Below, piece after piece: positions 49,469 to 63,079 of a stretch of 64,000 nt of DNA. Source of the stretch: Rhina ancylostomus. Taxonomy: Eukaryota. The stretch spans positions 46,553,344 through 46,617,343 of the forward strand of contig JARFYF010000074.1 in assembly GCA_030265395.1 (NCBI GenBank). The letters are read 5' to 3'. Position numbers and translations under genes: made by a program. The notes below the pieces were generated by a model. That model saw nothing but the letters and a program-made list of their open reading frames with translations, did no database searches and had not been told where the DNA came from. How positions within the stretch are numbered: the first letter of the stretch is position 1; each line of letters begins with the position of its first letter.

Positions 49469-51899
49469 ACTTTTATATTGTTATTGGTGAAAGATGCTGT
49501 TAAAAGAATCAACTCCTTGAATTTTTTTTTACCTAATAATATATCAAAGTGTCAAAACTTAAACTGGGAAATACAGCAGTAAGAATATGGGCAATAAGAT
49601 GTTTTATGTAGGGGTAGAAAAAGCTTAAAAAATATAAGACCCAGCTATGTTAGATTAGCTCCGCTGTTCTGTGCTGAATAGAAGCATGTGAATTTGAGTG
49701 CCACTCCAGAACTTAGGTGAGTAATCCATACTGATAACTTCATGTAGTATTGAGTGATTGCTCTATTGTTGGAGCTGCTCTTTTTCTAGAGAAGGCATCA
49801 CACTGAGGCTCCTCCATCTATTAATGTGGGCACTAGGGAGGTAAGAGTCTCGCATATGTTTGGAGTCCTGGTCAAAGTTCCTTTATTAAAACATCAGAAC
49901 CTAATTCCAAAGAAGGTTGTCAACCTTAAAGAGTCACTTGCTTTCTCTCTCTATAGCTCCTGCCTGACCTATTGAGTGTTTCCAGAACTTTGTATTTTTG
50001 CTATCTGAAACACCTTGCTTGGTTAATTGTGCTCAGGTGCCCTGATGCACATATCCAGCAGTATATGTACAATGGGAGTGAAACTTCCCATTTACTCAAT
50101 TAATTTGTAATATATTCTAATCAAGTAGGGATGGATGAGTTTTGCAGTAATGTCTTGATATTTCAAACCATAACAACAATGAGGGTTAACTTATAAAGAA
50201 AGGATTTGAGATTTTTAACTCGTTCCAGTGTTTGGTCATTTGAACCCAGTCTTTCTTGTGTAAAATGCTATTTTGCTTAGTGCTAGATGTTGAGGACTTT
50301 TGTACTCATAAAATTCCAGTCTGAGCTGCTAGTAGTTCTGTGATTTCCCTCACTATTTACAATAATTTAAAATCAAGTCCACACCTAAAGCAGTTTTGTT
50401 TTATTTAAATAATTCAAATATGAAAAGATGGAATGTTAGCGAGTTACAAGTACATTAACAAAAACAGTTAATTAGACTTGAAAGCAAAAATAAAGCCTGA
50501 AATAGCAAAACCATGTTGGTTTATAATTTACTTTAAATGTGGAAAATGATAATTGTTGAAAGGCTGAATTGGTTTTTAATAATCATAACATTGGTTTAAG
50601 TATTGTCTCAATTACTTCTAGTAATTTGTAAGTATGAACCTTAAAACAATCAAAAATTATTTCAGCTGAAACTATTAAACACAAAGAAGATGAATAATTA
50701 GTCCAAACTTAAATACAACCTATATTGGAATGAATCCAAAATTAAAAGTGATACTTAAAATGTACATTCCCATTACATTCCATTGAAATTTTCTTTAAAA
50801 CATTTGTGGGTGGCTTACAACTCCCACCTTTCTCCTTATTTACCTCGTTTATCATGAGATGCATCTACACTGGTAACCTCAACTACTGAATGTGGTAATA
50901 AGTTTCACATTCTAACCACTTAGTTTTAAATTTCTTTAGGTTTTTTTAAGGCTCTCACCTTTGATCTTTTTGGAAATATCTCTGTCTACTTTAAATCTAT
51001 GAAGAAGTTTGTTAATGTAATCTAGCAGATCAGCCCTTGCTAGCAAGAACCCCAGCCTATTTAATGCTTCTTGGTAGTCATTACCTTGCAGTTTCAGGTG
51101 GAGTTAGTTTCTCTTGGCTATGATCACAGGTTCTGTTTCAGAGTGTGGGTCAATTTCCCAGGCAGTGCTATTGACCCTTGCAGTCTCGTTAAGTTTATAA
51201 TTTAATCATTCACTGCAGTGTGAGTAAATTGGATTTCTCCCTTCTACTGCGCGTATCAAACAATACTTACTAAAATAAATATGGTTGCCAGGCCTAGAAA
51301 ATGTTTGTGTCCACTGAAAATGAGAAGGGCTGTTGAGCACCATTAGGAGAGGAGCCATGTTTCAAAGATCCCAGTCACGGAAAAACATTTTATGTCAAAC
51401 TGGGCATTTATTGTCAGCAAATAATCAATGGTCACTGTATCAAGTGTTGCCAAAACATGGAGTGAAGTGACTTCTGGTTAGAGCACAACTTTTAATTTTG
51501 GTGTTTTCCCCTAATTGCGAACATACATTCAAATGTGGATACTATTTCTAGTTAAAAATCTAATACTCAAAAAAGCATGTACAGACTGGCACCAGGAAGC
51601 TGTGGGTACTTAAACACTGCTGTATCATGCAGTGAGAGCCATTAGGGTCTGATTGTTCTCTGTTCCAAATAATATCCCACAGGCCTTTACAAATTCTCTT
51701 GAATTTTATTTCTTTTCTGAAAAATCACGCTCTAGTAATAGATTCTATTTTAACTGGAGCCACTGTTCCTGACCCCAGTCACCACCACTACAAGGTCCAT
51801 TCCCTGGGTACTAAGTCTCTCCCTCTCCTAATGCCTGAAACTTGACCAAGCTTTTCATGTATTTGTTTAGATCCTCCCAGTCATGCCATTATTAAGATC

Positions 51900-52630
51900 T
51901 CTTCTTTCAACCCTATAATGCAATCTGATTCCAGCTTTACTCTGTGTTGCCCCTTAGCTTAACAGTTCCAGCATATTTCCAATTGGACTTCCTTATTCTA
52001 CCTTTGTCAGGAAGATCATCCAAAGTTCTGTTATCTATGCTCCATTTTGCACCAGGCACCTACCATTCTCTGTGTAAAAATAAGCTTGTCTTGCAAATCT
52101 CCTTTAAACTTTCCCCCTCTCAGCTTGAAGCTACACTCTCTAGTATTTGACATTTCCACCCTGGGAGAAAGACTCTTGATTATCTACCTTTTCTATTCCT
52201 TTCATAATTTTATAAGCTTGTATCAGGTCACCCCCTCAGTCTCCAACACTCCAGAGAAAATAATTCAAGTTTGTCCAACTTCTCCTTGTAGCTAATACTC
52301 TCCAATCCAGGCAATGTTCCATGAATCTCTTCTGCACCTTCTCCAAAGCCTTCCTATATTGTGGCAACCAAAACTGTAACAGTACCCCAATGTGGCCTAG
52401 ACAAAATTTTATACATCTCCACCATGACTTCTCAACTTTTATACTCAATACCCTGATCAATGAAGGCAAGGATACTGTACACCTTTACTACCCTATCCAA
52501 TTCTGTTGCCACTTTCAGGGAGCTACAGACTTGTGCCCCAAGATCTCTGTGTACATCAGTGTTCCTAAGGGTCCTGTAATTTTACTCAATATTTTCTCTT
52601 TATTTGACTTCCCAAAATGCATCAGCTAGA
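51900..52630 (-). mobile_element. CR1 LINE 3' fragment between the two genes
   Basis: Minus ORF IKVEKSWWRCIKF...QFWLPQYRKALEKVQKRF (CR1 ORF2 C-terminus). Confidence 0.85.
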
Positions 52631-54508
52631 AGTTAAAGTGAAACCAGCTTTACAGAAAAGGTCCAAAAATGCTGTTTGAAGAACAGAAGAATTTTTTCCA
52701 TTGTCCAAACCAACATTCATCCTTCAAGCAATTTAAAAGAGAAACCTGCTCATTGATGTACTGTACATGAGACCTTGCTGTGTAACAAACAGCACCACAT
52801 AGTCTGACTCTCCTTGAGGCTGCAAAACAGACAGACAGCTGTTTATTGGTAAAAGAATTTTGTTTAAACAGAAATTGTGGAACTAGTACATCCCACCTGT
52901 TCGGCAGTCCCACAACCAGTGGGCAGTCAACCAGCTTTTGGCTCATAAGTATGTAATGGCGATCATGGGTTAGTGCAGTTTGGCTAGTCCAGTCAGCAGG
53001 AAAGGGAGGCATTTGGTGGAGTTGAACTGATTACACCCACCTCAAGTTTGCAAGAGCACAGGAATGCAGGAAATGGGAGAGAAGGGGAAGACTGAGATGG
53101 TTTCAGCTAGACTGCACATATGTACATTCTATTTTTTGGCTGAATAGAATGGCATTGCTTTAGCTTGAACTAACTGAAAGGGGTTTCCTTGAATTTTTTT
53201 GAATGTTTCATCCACTTAAGTAAACCAAAACCTATGAACAATCTAAATTAGATCAGAGTTGCTTGCATTTCACTGTATGGATTTTTGGAACACTGCGATC
53301 TTTTTCATGGAGCTATTGTTGATTATACTTTGACAACAACCTTACAAGGTCTTCCATTTTCTCATAGTCTACTTATTGCTTTATGATTCCAAGCTTTTGC
53401 TCCAATGCCAAGGCAATGGATAGGGTGAGGAGGCTGACAACAACACAGCAAAGATGAAAATGATCCAAAGAGATTTAGCAGCTGGTGGCAATGGGAGAAT
53501 GAGCAAGATGGAAGAAAAAGCATTCCTTGGTTTATTCCACTTCAATGCAAGGGCTGTGGAGTACTTATTATAAAGCATATAATGGCTTCAATAGATATAA
53601 ATTAACTTTAGAAATGGAGAGGAAGTGGACATTCATTTCAAAGGCAGGTAACATCTGGCAATTATCATAATCATTAATTATGGTAATCACCATTTAAAGT
53701 CAGTACTGATAGTAAATACTTATCAANNNNNNNNNNATGGCACAAAATGAAATATACAATTGGAGTTGCATATTTTCATGCATAAAGTAAATCTGACATT
53801 CGCATCTGTGTTCAAAAGAAATAGACACAGCTACCACAGTGCAATGTCCAATTCTGGTATGTGACTTGAAACACCGTTTTAATAACAACTCTTGTATGTC
53901 TCAATTCATTTCTACTGATTAAAACATGATACTGTGGAAGAATGCTTGTAGGAAGAGCATTAAAAACCACCTGAAAGTGATCAAAATATTGGGTTAGGTG
54001 GTACAATAGATGGGTACAACCAGACTAATTGGATAAATACCAATTATAACTATTGGTTTCTGGCCTCTGACCTGGAATCAATTTGAAATGTTTCAACTCA
54101 GTATTGCTGATCAGGTACTAATTAAGTAATTTAAACCCATAGGAGTTACTGATCACAAGTCCAAATATCACACTATACAATCTTCAGAAGGAGCTTGTAC
54201 GAATGTTAGTCTTAAGTGCAGTCAAAATTCTACCCTTCATCTACCTTGAGCCTTTTTTTCACCTGGGAGTGTTTAACACTGACAGTGGGTCTAAAATTCC
54301 CCTTGCATCACAGAATAAAGGGTTTAATGTTCTTATCATAGCACAGGGATGTTAATGGTTTTACTTGAACAGTGCACCATCAATTGTGAGTTCTTGACAT
54401 TATATCCTGAAACCTCCTGGAAATGAAAAACACTACTTGCAGATTGAACCACCAGCAATGATAGTTCTTAAACATTCAATCACATCACAGCACATTTCTT
54501 CTAGAAAC

Positions 54509-54859
54509 TTAGCTCCTGTTGCAAAGCTGAGCTGAAAACCACACTTTTAGTCCATCAGCAGGGTGAACGATTGGCACTAGCAGCATCTTGGGGAATGTCT
54601 TGGTGGCTAGCTTCCAATGACTGACACTGGTCAACTCAATAGCAAGGACTTTCAGGATAAGTTTTGCAAGCTCTTTGCCAAGGCATCGCCTAACACCTCC
54701 ACCAAAAGGCAGATAATGAAAGCGGATGTTCTTGCCTTCCATTTGATCTTTGGCAAATCTATCCGGATCAAATGTTTCAGGGTCCTGGAATATGGGGGCA
54801 GTATAGTGTGTGTCCTGAATACTGTACAACACACTCCATCCTTTGGGGATCTGGAAACC
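54509..54859 (-). CDS. CYP26: CYP26 family, last coding exon (PERF-like DPDRF, heme-binding [10 protein letters not shown])
   Basis: tctctgacag|[18 protein letters not shown]...FDPDRF...[20 protein letters not shown]...[11 protein letters not shown]...NRS*. Exons 1-3 were not found and presumably lie beyond 64000. Confidence 0.95.
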   Translation of the reverse strand, partial: GFQIPKGWSVLYSIQDTHYTAPIFQDPETFDPDRFAKDQMEGKNIRFHYLPFGGGVRRCLGKELAKLILKVLAIELTSVSHWKLATKTFPKMLLVPIVHPADGLKVWFSAQLCNRS

Positions 54860-56247
54860 CTGTCAGAGAAACAAAGCATAGCTTGATTACATATTCATTT
54901 CTCTGTCTCTCAGAAACATTGTCAATGTTTACTTTGTCGAATGGAATCTCTTTTACAAGAGAATAACATTTTAAAACTGATTTTTCATATTATGAAATAA
55001 CTTTGAAATAGAAACCCAGAGTTGCCCTGGTGATTGTGTCCTGAAAACCTAGTCTGTTGGTGTTAGGTGGTAGGTCACCAAGGGCTAATTGAGAGTGGCT
55101 TTGGGTGTAATTGTTAAAAGATAGGACAGATCATGATCATGGTCCACAATTTCTTGGCAGTGGTGAGCTACCTGGGATGTCACTCATCTACTAAGTTCAT
55201 TCACTGGTACCAACTTCCTTGCCAAATCTGTCCAGATGCTCACAAGCAGAGTCTTCTGTGTATGGATTCCACCACAAGCCTCACCCATAGTCATATAAAC
55301 TGAGTCCAGTATAATTCTGTATCAGATTATTTTCCAGCAACTGGAATTGACTCCTACTCTCAGTTACCACAGATAATGGGAAATAATCCCAAGGACAGTG
55401 AATTCTGATAACTACAGACAATTTATTTTAGTGATGGTGATACATTTCTAATGGGGAGAAGTTTTCCTCTCCAGGCTAGAACCAAGAGTACCAGAGGTAC
55501 CAGCCACCCCGCTGCTTGTACTCACTCACCACCCACACATCAGTTCCCACTGTATGAGGGGTGAGGATGGCAAGCAGCTGGTGTTCGCATATTTTTGGTA
55601 ATAGCTATCAAGGTAGAAATTTCTCTCCCTCTCTGCAAACTGGATACATTTTAAGAAGCAGAAAAAATATCCTTTGGGCACCAGATGTAATTAATATCCT
55701 CTTCAGGGCAGCTCACAAACCCCCACACAAATTAATTTCAAGCCCAACCTCGACTGCTGCCTGTGGGAGGTCAGCACATTCTCTTCACAACTATGTGGGT
55801 TTCCTATCGCATCCCAAGAACAAACTGCTAGGTTAATGTAAATTACCTTTTAGTGCATGCAAGGAGCAAAAGAATCAAAGGGGACGTAATAGGTATGAGT
55901 GAGGGAGATTAAATTGTGGGGTTACAGGGACATAAGGAGAGGGGGAGTGGGACTGCTGGGATTGGGAACCAGCGCTGGGATCAGTGTGTCATTGTAAGTA
56001 AAAGATGAGATCTAACAATCTCACTTACTTAATCTCTGCTAAGAAATTATACATGGTTCTAAATGTTATAAATCCTCTTTAAGTCAAGTTATCCTTCAAT
56101 TCCAGCAAGAGCAACAGCGTCAAATATATTTAAGGCACCTTTAATGTGATGAAACATCTTGAGCTTTTCCAAAGAAGCATTAAATCAGTGCAGTCACAGA
56201 AGGACATCAGGAGGAAGGGAAGTTAACCTTAAAACAAACCAACTCAC

Positions 56248-56529
56248 CGCCAGCTCGAAAGTCCGGAGGGCCACTCGATATCCCCCCGACACAGGTGGGA
56301 GCACCCTCAGTACTTCCTTCACCACACAATCCAGGTACTGCAGGTGGGTGATGTCAGCATGGTGTAAGGTGTCCTCCCTGCCGGTGGTTTCAGGCCAGAA
56401 TCCCCTCGTCTGGAGGTCCACTTTCAGCTTGGCAAAGACGGCTGGATTCTTCAGCAGCTGCAGGATGAGGGAGGTGCAGGCACTGGCTGTGGTGGCGTAG
56501 GCAGCGAACATCAGCTCCACTGCTGCTTC
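56248..56529 (-). CDS. CYP26: CYP26 family, penultimate exon (I-helix AAYATT, K-helix EVLR)
   Basis: ctgcag|EAAVELMFAAYATTASACTSLILQLLKNP...YLDCVVKEVLRVLPPVSGGYRVALRTFELA|gtgagt; 282 nt. Confidence 0.95.
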
Positions 56530-57082
56530 CTGCAGTTAAATAGTGATAACTTCACCATCAGAGGGGAACCTCATTTGATATTGTAACAAATTAATGAGAC
56601 TACATTTGTTGTGAGTTAGCAGGGCCTGCCCTTGGTTCTAGCAGGAATGCGGCAGAAGCTTCTGTTTTGAAATGTTTATGTGAGTTAATATCTGATGCCA
56701 GTAGATGTCACTGGACTGTAGAGTTAAGGAGGTGTCTCAGTGACAATCCCATCACTTAATCGGAAACACATCAGAGAAAAGACCAGGTTTCACTGCACTA
56801 TCCACAAGCCAAAGCACAGCTACTGACTTAGAGTCCTCTTCTGAAAATGGCACCTAGGTGTAATAGATGGTGACGGTTGGGTGGGAGTGTCATTCTTCCA
56901 AGGTTGGGTGGAGATTTTCCTCCCGTGTGTTGTCTGTGCTAGTTCTGACCTGGAAGTGTTCGACCCCGTCACTAGGTGGACAGGTTCATTTCCTAGCTCT
57001 GGAAAGCTGACCTGGACAGGATCAAAATGCTTTAAAAAAAATGTGACTATGAACTCTAGCTCACTGGCTGAGTCATCCTTAC

Positions 57083-57238
57083 CTTCAATTCTTGTGTGCT
57101 CATCTTCATCCTGTGTTCTTTGCTGCTCTTTATCAGGATGCCCAGGGCACTAGAGTTTTCTTCGCAGGGACTGGATTGACGTATATTATCTATGGCTTTT
57201 TCAAAGTATAGGTAGAGCTTGTCCCGAGCGCGAATACC
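57083..57238 (-). CDS. CYP26: CYP26 family retinoic acid hydroxylase, antepenultimate coding exon (exon 4 equivalent)
   Basis: Minus strand ttattccag|GIRARDKLYLYFEKAIDNIRQSSPCEENSSALGILIKSSKEHRMKMSTQELK|gtaagg; 156 nt; resembles CYP26B1 GIQARQILQKGLEKAI...SSKEHGKEMTMQELK. Not translated in this frame in the supplied ORF track. Confidence 0.92.
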
Positions 57239-57339
57239 CTGGAATAAGGGAGCAAAGTATGACTTTCCTGCCTATATCTTTGTCTTCCTGGATTCTTGAT
57301 ATAGTTATCCTGGCAAGGAACAAGTGATAGACTGTGATT

Positions 57340-57710
57340 GTATTGAAACATATAAGATTATGAGGGGCATGACAAGGTAGATGTTGAAATGTCTCCATTA
57401 GTGGGAGAATCTCAAACGAGGGGACACAGTTACAAAGTCGGGGAGCAGTCACTTAAGACTGAGGTGAGTAGGAATTTCTCGCAGAGGGTCATGAATCTTG
57501 AATTCTCTACCCTGGAGGGTTGTGAAGGCTGGAGCATTGGGGGTATTTAAAGAGGAAGTAGATAAATTGGTGAAAGGTCAGGGAATTGAGGGTGATGGGG
57601 GACTGGCACAGAAGAAGAGACGAAGCCTGGGGCAGATCAGCTGTGATCATTGTTGAATGACAGGGCAGGCTTGAAGGGCTGAGTGACCTACTGCTGCTCT
57701 TGTTGACTTA
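57340..57710 (+). mobile_element. CR1 LINE 3' end in a CYP26 intron
   Basis: attgaaacatataagattatgagggg...gacaaggtagatgttg...gaattctctacc...ggcttgaagggctgagtgacctactgctgct. Confidence 0.85.
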
Positions 57711-60700
57711 TGTTCTTCCGTCACATTCAACAGGTACCTTGTTTTCTACAATAAGGTGGCTCTTGTTGTATTTTAGCTTTCTGTCAATGAAGGCTATGTT
57801 GAAGTTTGAACCCAAGTATCACTCTTTAAGCATTCATTGCTGGAATATTAGAGACAGACAGGACTTTAAAAAAAAGGTATAACTTTACAACAGCATTAAA
57901 AGGGGAAAACGAATCATGTGCTTGTCCAGTGATCTTACGACCTCAGGGTGCATAAAGTTGGCTTTTAACTCTGGTCATCTTTGTAATACAGTAACTACAG
58001 GGGTCAAGTTGTGCAAAGAAAGATCTCATAAACAGCAACTTGGCCTGTTTTAGTGATCTGATAGGACAGCAGGAGGCCCATCTCCCCATTCTGCTGATGT
58101 CCTTTGGAATGGTGTCAACAGATCTTTTATCCGAGTTATCAGGCAGGGTATCAGTTTAACTCCAAAAATTCAGTGCCTAGGACAGAGCAAATCTTCCCCA
58201 GTGCTGTGTTAAAGTTGACCTAGTTATTATTCAAATCCCTGAAGAGCAAGTCGAAACCATGATATCCTGACTCTAAAATAACTGTGAACTCCCTCAAAGT
58301 GGGGCTCCCCATCCCTCCAACACCAAAGGATGCTAGGTGTACAAAAATGCACCAGCACTTTATGTGTCCGATGATTGCGGCATCAGTACGTTCATTTTAA
58401 GCTGTTTTTATTTGAGTCTCTTTTTAATGCGGTTCCAATGTCGTTAATGTCTTTCTGTCTGTGTCTCTTATTGTCTTAAATGTGACCAGCACCTCGATCT
58501 GTGGAGTACGGTATTTCGCTCCCATGCATGCTGAAAGTGTATATGGAAGTGACAATAAATTGGTTCTGATACCATATCTCCTCAAACTCCTAACAAAGCA
58601 GAGCTGCTGGCGTGCTTTTTTTATTTAGTGATTGCATCAATGTGTTGGGCCCAAGATAGATCTTCTGAGATGCTGATGCCTGGGAACTTGAAACTACTCA
58701 CCCTTTCCACCGCTGACTCCTCAATGAGGACTGGTGTGTGTTCACAGCTCAGTAAGCATCGAGGATCACTTCAAACTGACCTCAAGCGCCTGAGTGAATA
58801 GCAGCAAAAGTGAGGCCACATTGTTCAACATTTTTCCTTCATCCATGAGCCCTAACTGCCCAAAGATGTGGTGAACACTGGTGGGAGGAGTCAGGGCATA
58901 AAGAATGGGGTGGAGCACCCTGCCAAGGTGAAGCAGGAACAGGGTCTGTTGGAGAGACATTCCTTCTCCATCCCAGGAATGAACCTGGTACTCTAGATGT
59001 TGCTGAACGTGGAACAGTGTGGCCTGAATCCCACTCCTGCCCCACAGTAGCCACTCAATCCATCATTTCATCTGGAGGTAGTATGTATCCAGTATGGCCT
59101 TCATCCTGATAAGCCACCACCATCTATTAGGTTTCCCCCCAAGTTGCACACCATCCTGACTTGGAAGTACACCAACATTCTTTTGTCTTCACTGGGTCAA
59201 AATCCCACTTAACAGCACTGTGGGAGTATCTTAAAGTCATAGAATAATACAGCATGGATACAGGTCCTTCAGCCCAACCAGTCCATGCTGATCACGGTAT
59301 CCACCTAGCTGGTCCCTATTTCCTGCGTTTGGACCCATATCCCTCTAAGTTTCACNNNNNNNNNNNNNNNNNNNNNNNNNNNNNNNNNNNNNNNNNNNNN
59401 NNNNNNNNNNNNNNNNNNNNNNNNNNNNNNNNNNNNNNNNNNNNNNNNNNNNNNNATATTCAACGATTTAACTTTTACCAATTTTAGAGAGACATGTTTT
59501 ACACATATTTTACAAATTGAACATATCAACAGATCATATTTAATAAACCAATATTATCAAGGGCCTACATTTTTATATTCATTCAAGGGATGCGGAAGTT
59601 GCTGGTAAGGGCAGAGTTTATTTGCCAACCCAATATGACTTGCTGAGCCATTGCAGAGGGCAGTTAAGACCTATTCCATGGCTCTGGAGTCACATACCCA
59701 ACCATAGACCTCCATTCTTAAGGGACTAACAAATCAAGTGAAATTCACAAGAATTGGTCTGGCAAGAATAGACCTGACTGAAATATTGACCTACAGAGCC
59801 AGCATTCCTGACATGTGTGTCATCTCCAAAACTGACCGTGGGTCTCGGACATGGTAGCAGAAAAATAATGAAATACCTGAAACTATCTCTTAAACAACAA
59901 ACGTCCATTAATGTTGCATTGACACATAGACTCAAATAACACTGATAATTAATTACTCTAAGAGTGGTCTAACCAGAGTTTTGTAAAGCTGCATGTCAAG
60001 TATCCCATTATGCTTTGGGAGGATACTCTGCGGCCTTGGAAGAAATGCTGGAAGTCACAGAACAAAGGGGCACAGTGAAAGAAGTTCATGTAATCAACAC
60101 CTGGACAGTCTCAAGTGAGAAGATGACTGAGACAGCTTTACAGTCCTGTGGACTCTTCCATTGTAAACATCCGACTGTGAGGTATCTGGAAGACAGGACA
60201 AGTAGATGGAGGTGTTTGGGACCTGACATCTTGTGGAAAAGTACTATTTGATAGACTACAAATCTCAAATAAATGCTGGTCTCAAATAAACATGGTTAAA
60301 ATAATTGTAGGATGGCACCAGCGGAAATTTGAAGAAGTTAAGAAACACATGCTCGTATGGATAAAGGCAATAAAGAACTAAGCAATGCTTGGGAGGTATG
60401 TGAGGAAATGTATAAAAAGTTGCCTTACAAGAGATCAGCAACAGTGACACTGGAGACCAACCACTGAAGAAGACCCTGAGACAGGCACTCAGAGATAAAC
60501 TCACCAAGATCGAACCCCTGGCCAGGTTCATCAAGAGCGGGCAGTATCAGAATGCAAGTAGTGGGATTTGGAGGCTGTGGAAGTAAACAAAAGGGGTGTG
60601 CTAGTAATATATTGAGTTGTGAAACTAAAGAGTTGTTTGAAACTATGCGGTGAATCTTTGAATTGTTTGAATCAATTGTGCTCAATAAAGAATTATAGTT

Positions 60701-61459
60701 GTTAGGCAAAGTTGTTGTCTTGTGTGGATTTATCGTGTGCTGCATTGAACTGGCAACAAAGTAAAGGACCAGAGTTTGGTTGGTGATGTTGTAAGGAGTG
60801 TTTTAAAGAGGGTGAGAGGTGGAGACACTTAGGGAAGGAAGTCCAAGCCTAAGGGTTTAGGCAGCTGAAGGCATATCTGCCAATTGTGGCACTAGGAAGA
60901 AATGGAAGAGTGCAGAAATCTTTTTGGATGGTAGGTGTGGAGGGCATTACGATGACTGGGGTTTTATTTCATTTTGGGTTGACATAGCAGTGATAAGTTA
61001 ATTGCTTGCACATGTACACAAACTGGAAGTTCCCAGTCAAATTCGCTCTGGAGAGATTGGAATTTCCCATCTGATTCCAAGAAAGTTGGGAATAGCCAGA
61101 ACTGACACCAGTGCTAGGTTTAAGCATACTTAATGCACAATGCCCCTTGCCATACCATCATCTCACACCCAACATCCCATGCCACTATCTCTCACCGCAT
61201 CAGTAAACTCCTGCCAATACAAACACTTTGCTTTCAGCCAATTGTACAAGAAGTTTTCCTTGCCATTGAATAAATAAGAAAGGTTTCAATAGTTATACAT
61301 GAAGTTCATCTATTATACTGGATTAAGAAAATGTGAATTTTAAGATTATGATGGAGATAATGTTTAAAAGTGCCTTGATTAACCTCATGCTGCCTATTGT
61401 AATAGATATTTACACTTCAGTCTCCTGAAGTTTAAGTTTCATAAGAGGCAGATTAATTT

Positions 61460-61620
61460 CTACAGAAGATGCTTAAAATACTCAGCAGATCAGGCAGCAC
61501 CTGTGGAGAGGGAATCAGATTTAGTGTTTCAAGTTGATACTGTCTAATCTGCATTTATCTAACATTTTCTTGTTTTTATTTCTGATTTCCAGCATCTGAA
61601 GTGCTTTGCCTGTCTTTTAC
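61460..61620. repeat. Penelope-type terminal repeat, inverted arrangement, degenerate
   Basis: aaatactcagcagatcaggcagcacctgtggagaggga...gtttcaag, then cattttcttgtttttatttctgatttccagcatctg. Confidence 0.6.
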
Positions 61621-61889
61621 TTTAATTTGTACTCCTCACTCTAGGGTATCACTTTCCAATGAATCTGACAGACTAAACCTGGTGTTAGGGTGTGACCTGA
61701 TTCTACAAAAGGTCCAGAGAGGGTCTGACTCACGGTCCTCTAGTTTGTCGCAACTTTGAGTATAAATCTAGTCTGGGCTAAAACCTGGTTTACTACGCGC
61801 TTAAGGTTTTATCTGACGTTGGGATATTGATGGGATGCTTTCAGAGACAAGATTTTCCTTTGGAAGACTCTTCTGCATATGAACACTCT

Positions 61890-62480
61890 TTGACTCTAAG
61901 AGTTGTACAGCACAGAAACAGGCCCTTTGCCCACCAGGTCCATGCTGACCTCTTTGCCCATCTGCACTAACCTTATTTGCCTGCATTAGGATCATGTCCT
62001 TCTGTGTTTTGTCTCTTTACATATCTGTCCAAATGCCCCTTAGATATAGTAATTGTAACCGATTCCACCACCTCCACTGGTAATGCATTCCAGATAGCAA
62101 TTCCTCTCTTGTAAAATGCTTACCCCTCAGATCCCCTTTAAACCTTCTTCCTCTCACCTTAAACCTATGTCCTCTTGTTTTCGATACTCGGACTATGGGA
62201 AAAACTTTTTGCCTATCTATAACCTCCATTTATGACTATTTATACCCCTACCATGGGAAAAAGTTTTTGACTATCTATCCTATGTATACCTCTCGTAATT
62301 TATATCCCTCTATCAGGTCACTCTTCTGTCTCCGTTGATCCAGGGAAAACAAGCCCAGCCTATCCAGTCTCTCCCCCGTTACTAAAGCCCTTCAGTTCAG
62401 GCAACACCCTGATGAGTTTCCTCTGCACTTTCTCCAACACAATCACCTCCTTCCTATAGTGCGGTGACCAGAACTGCACA
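61890..62480 (-). mobile_element. CR1 LINE 3' end
   Basis: ORF 62017-62229 IDRQKVFPIVRVSKTRGHRFKVRGRRFKGDLRGKHFT (CR1 ORF2 C-terminus) plus tail. Confidence 0.9.
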
Positions 62481-63079
62481 CGTATCCAGACATGCTTCTC
62501 ATAAACAGTTTAATCAATGTTCTGGAATCTGACTACACATATCAACCTAAAACGGAATAAATATCCTTCCTTATCAGTATTTACTTTGTGATGCTGCAAA
62601 AGTGCTTTAAAGACACTTTTAAAGGCATGTCAAAACAGGGCTGTACATGAGCTCCCACACCAGTGTTTGCCTGAAGCCCCAACAGTGAGGTTCCATTTAG
62701 GAGTCATATCAGAGAGTCAGGCCTTGTGTGTTCAAAGGATGGTCAGGCAGATTGTGGAGCCAGTTGAGGAAATCAGCTGGGCTGTGGTTGGTAGGGGGTG
62801 AGAGGTTCAGTATAAGGGTGCGGTGGTGAGAAAGAGATTGGGTGATTCAGGCTGGCTGAGAGGAGGGGTTTGTTCAGTCAGGATGCAGAGCCAGGATTCC
62901 CAGGGAACTGCAGAATGAGGTGAACCAGGCTCAGAGGTAGGGTGGGCAGTGTGTCAGTGATAAGGCTGGTGAAAGGTGGATGGCTGGGTCAGTCACAGAA
63001 GCAATCAGAAAAGCCTGAGGACATTAGTAGTAAGGGTGGGAGTGGAAGGATGAACATTTTTTTATTTTTCTTTCAGAAT

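Noticed and set aside
58766-58782. Minus-strand AGGTCA-n5-AAGTGA as a DR5 retinoic acid response element in a CYP26 intron
   Set aside because: The second half-site deviates from RG(G/T)TCA and it lies beside repeat-derived sequence.
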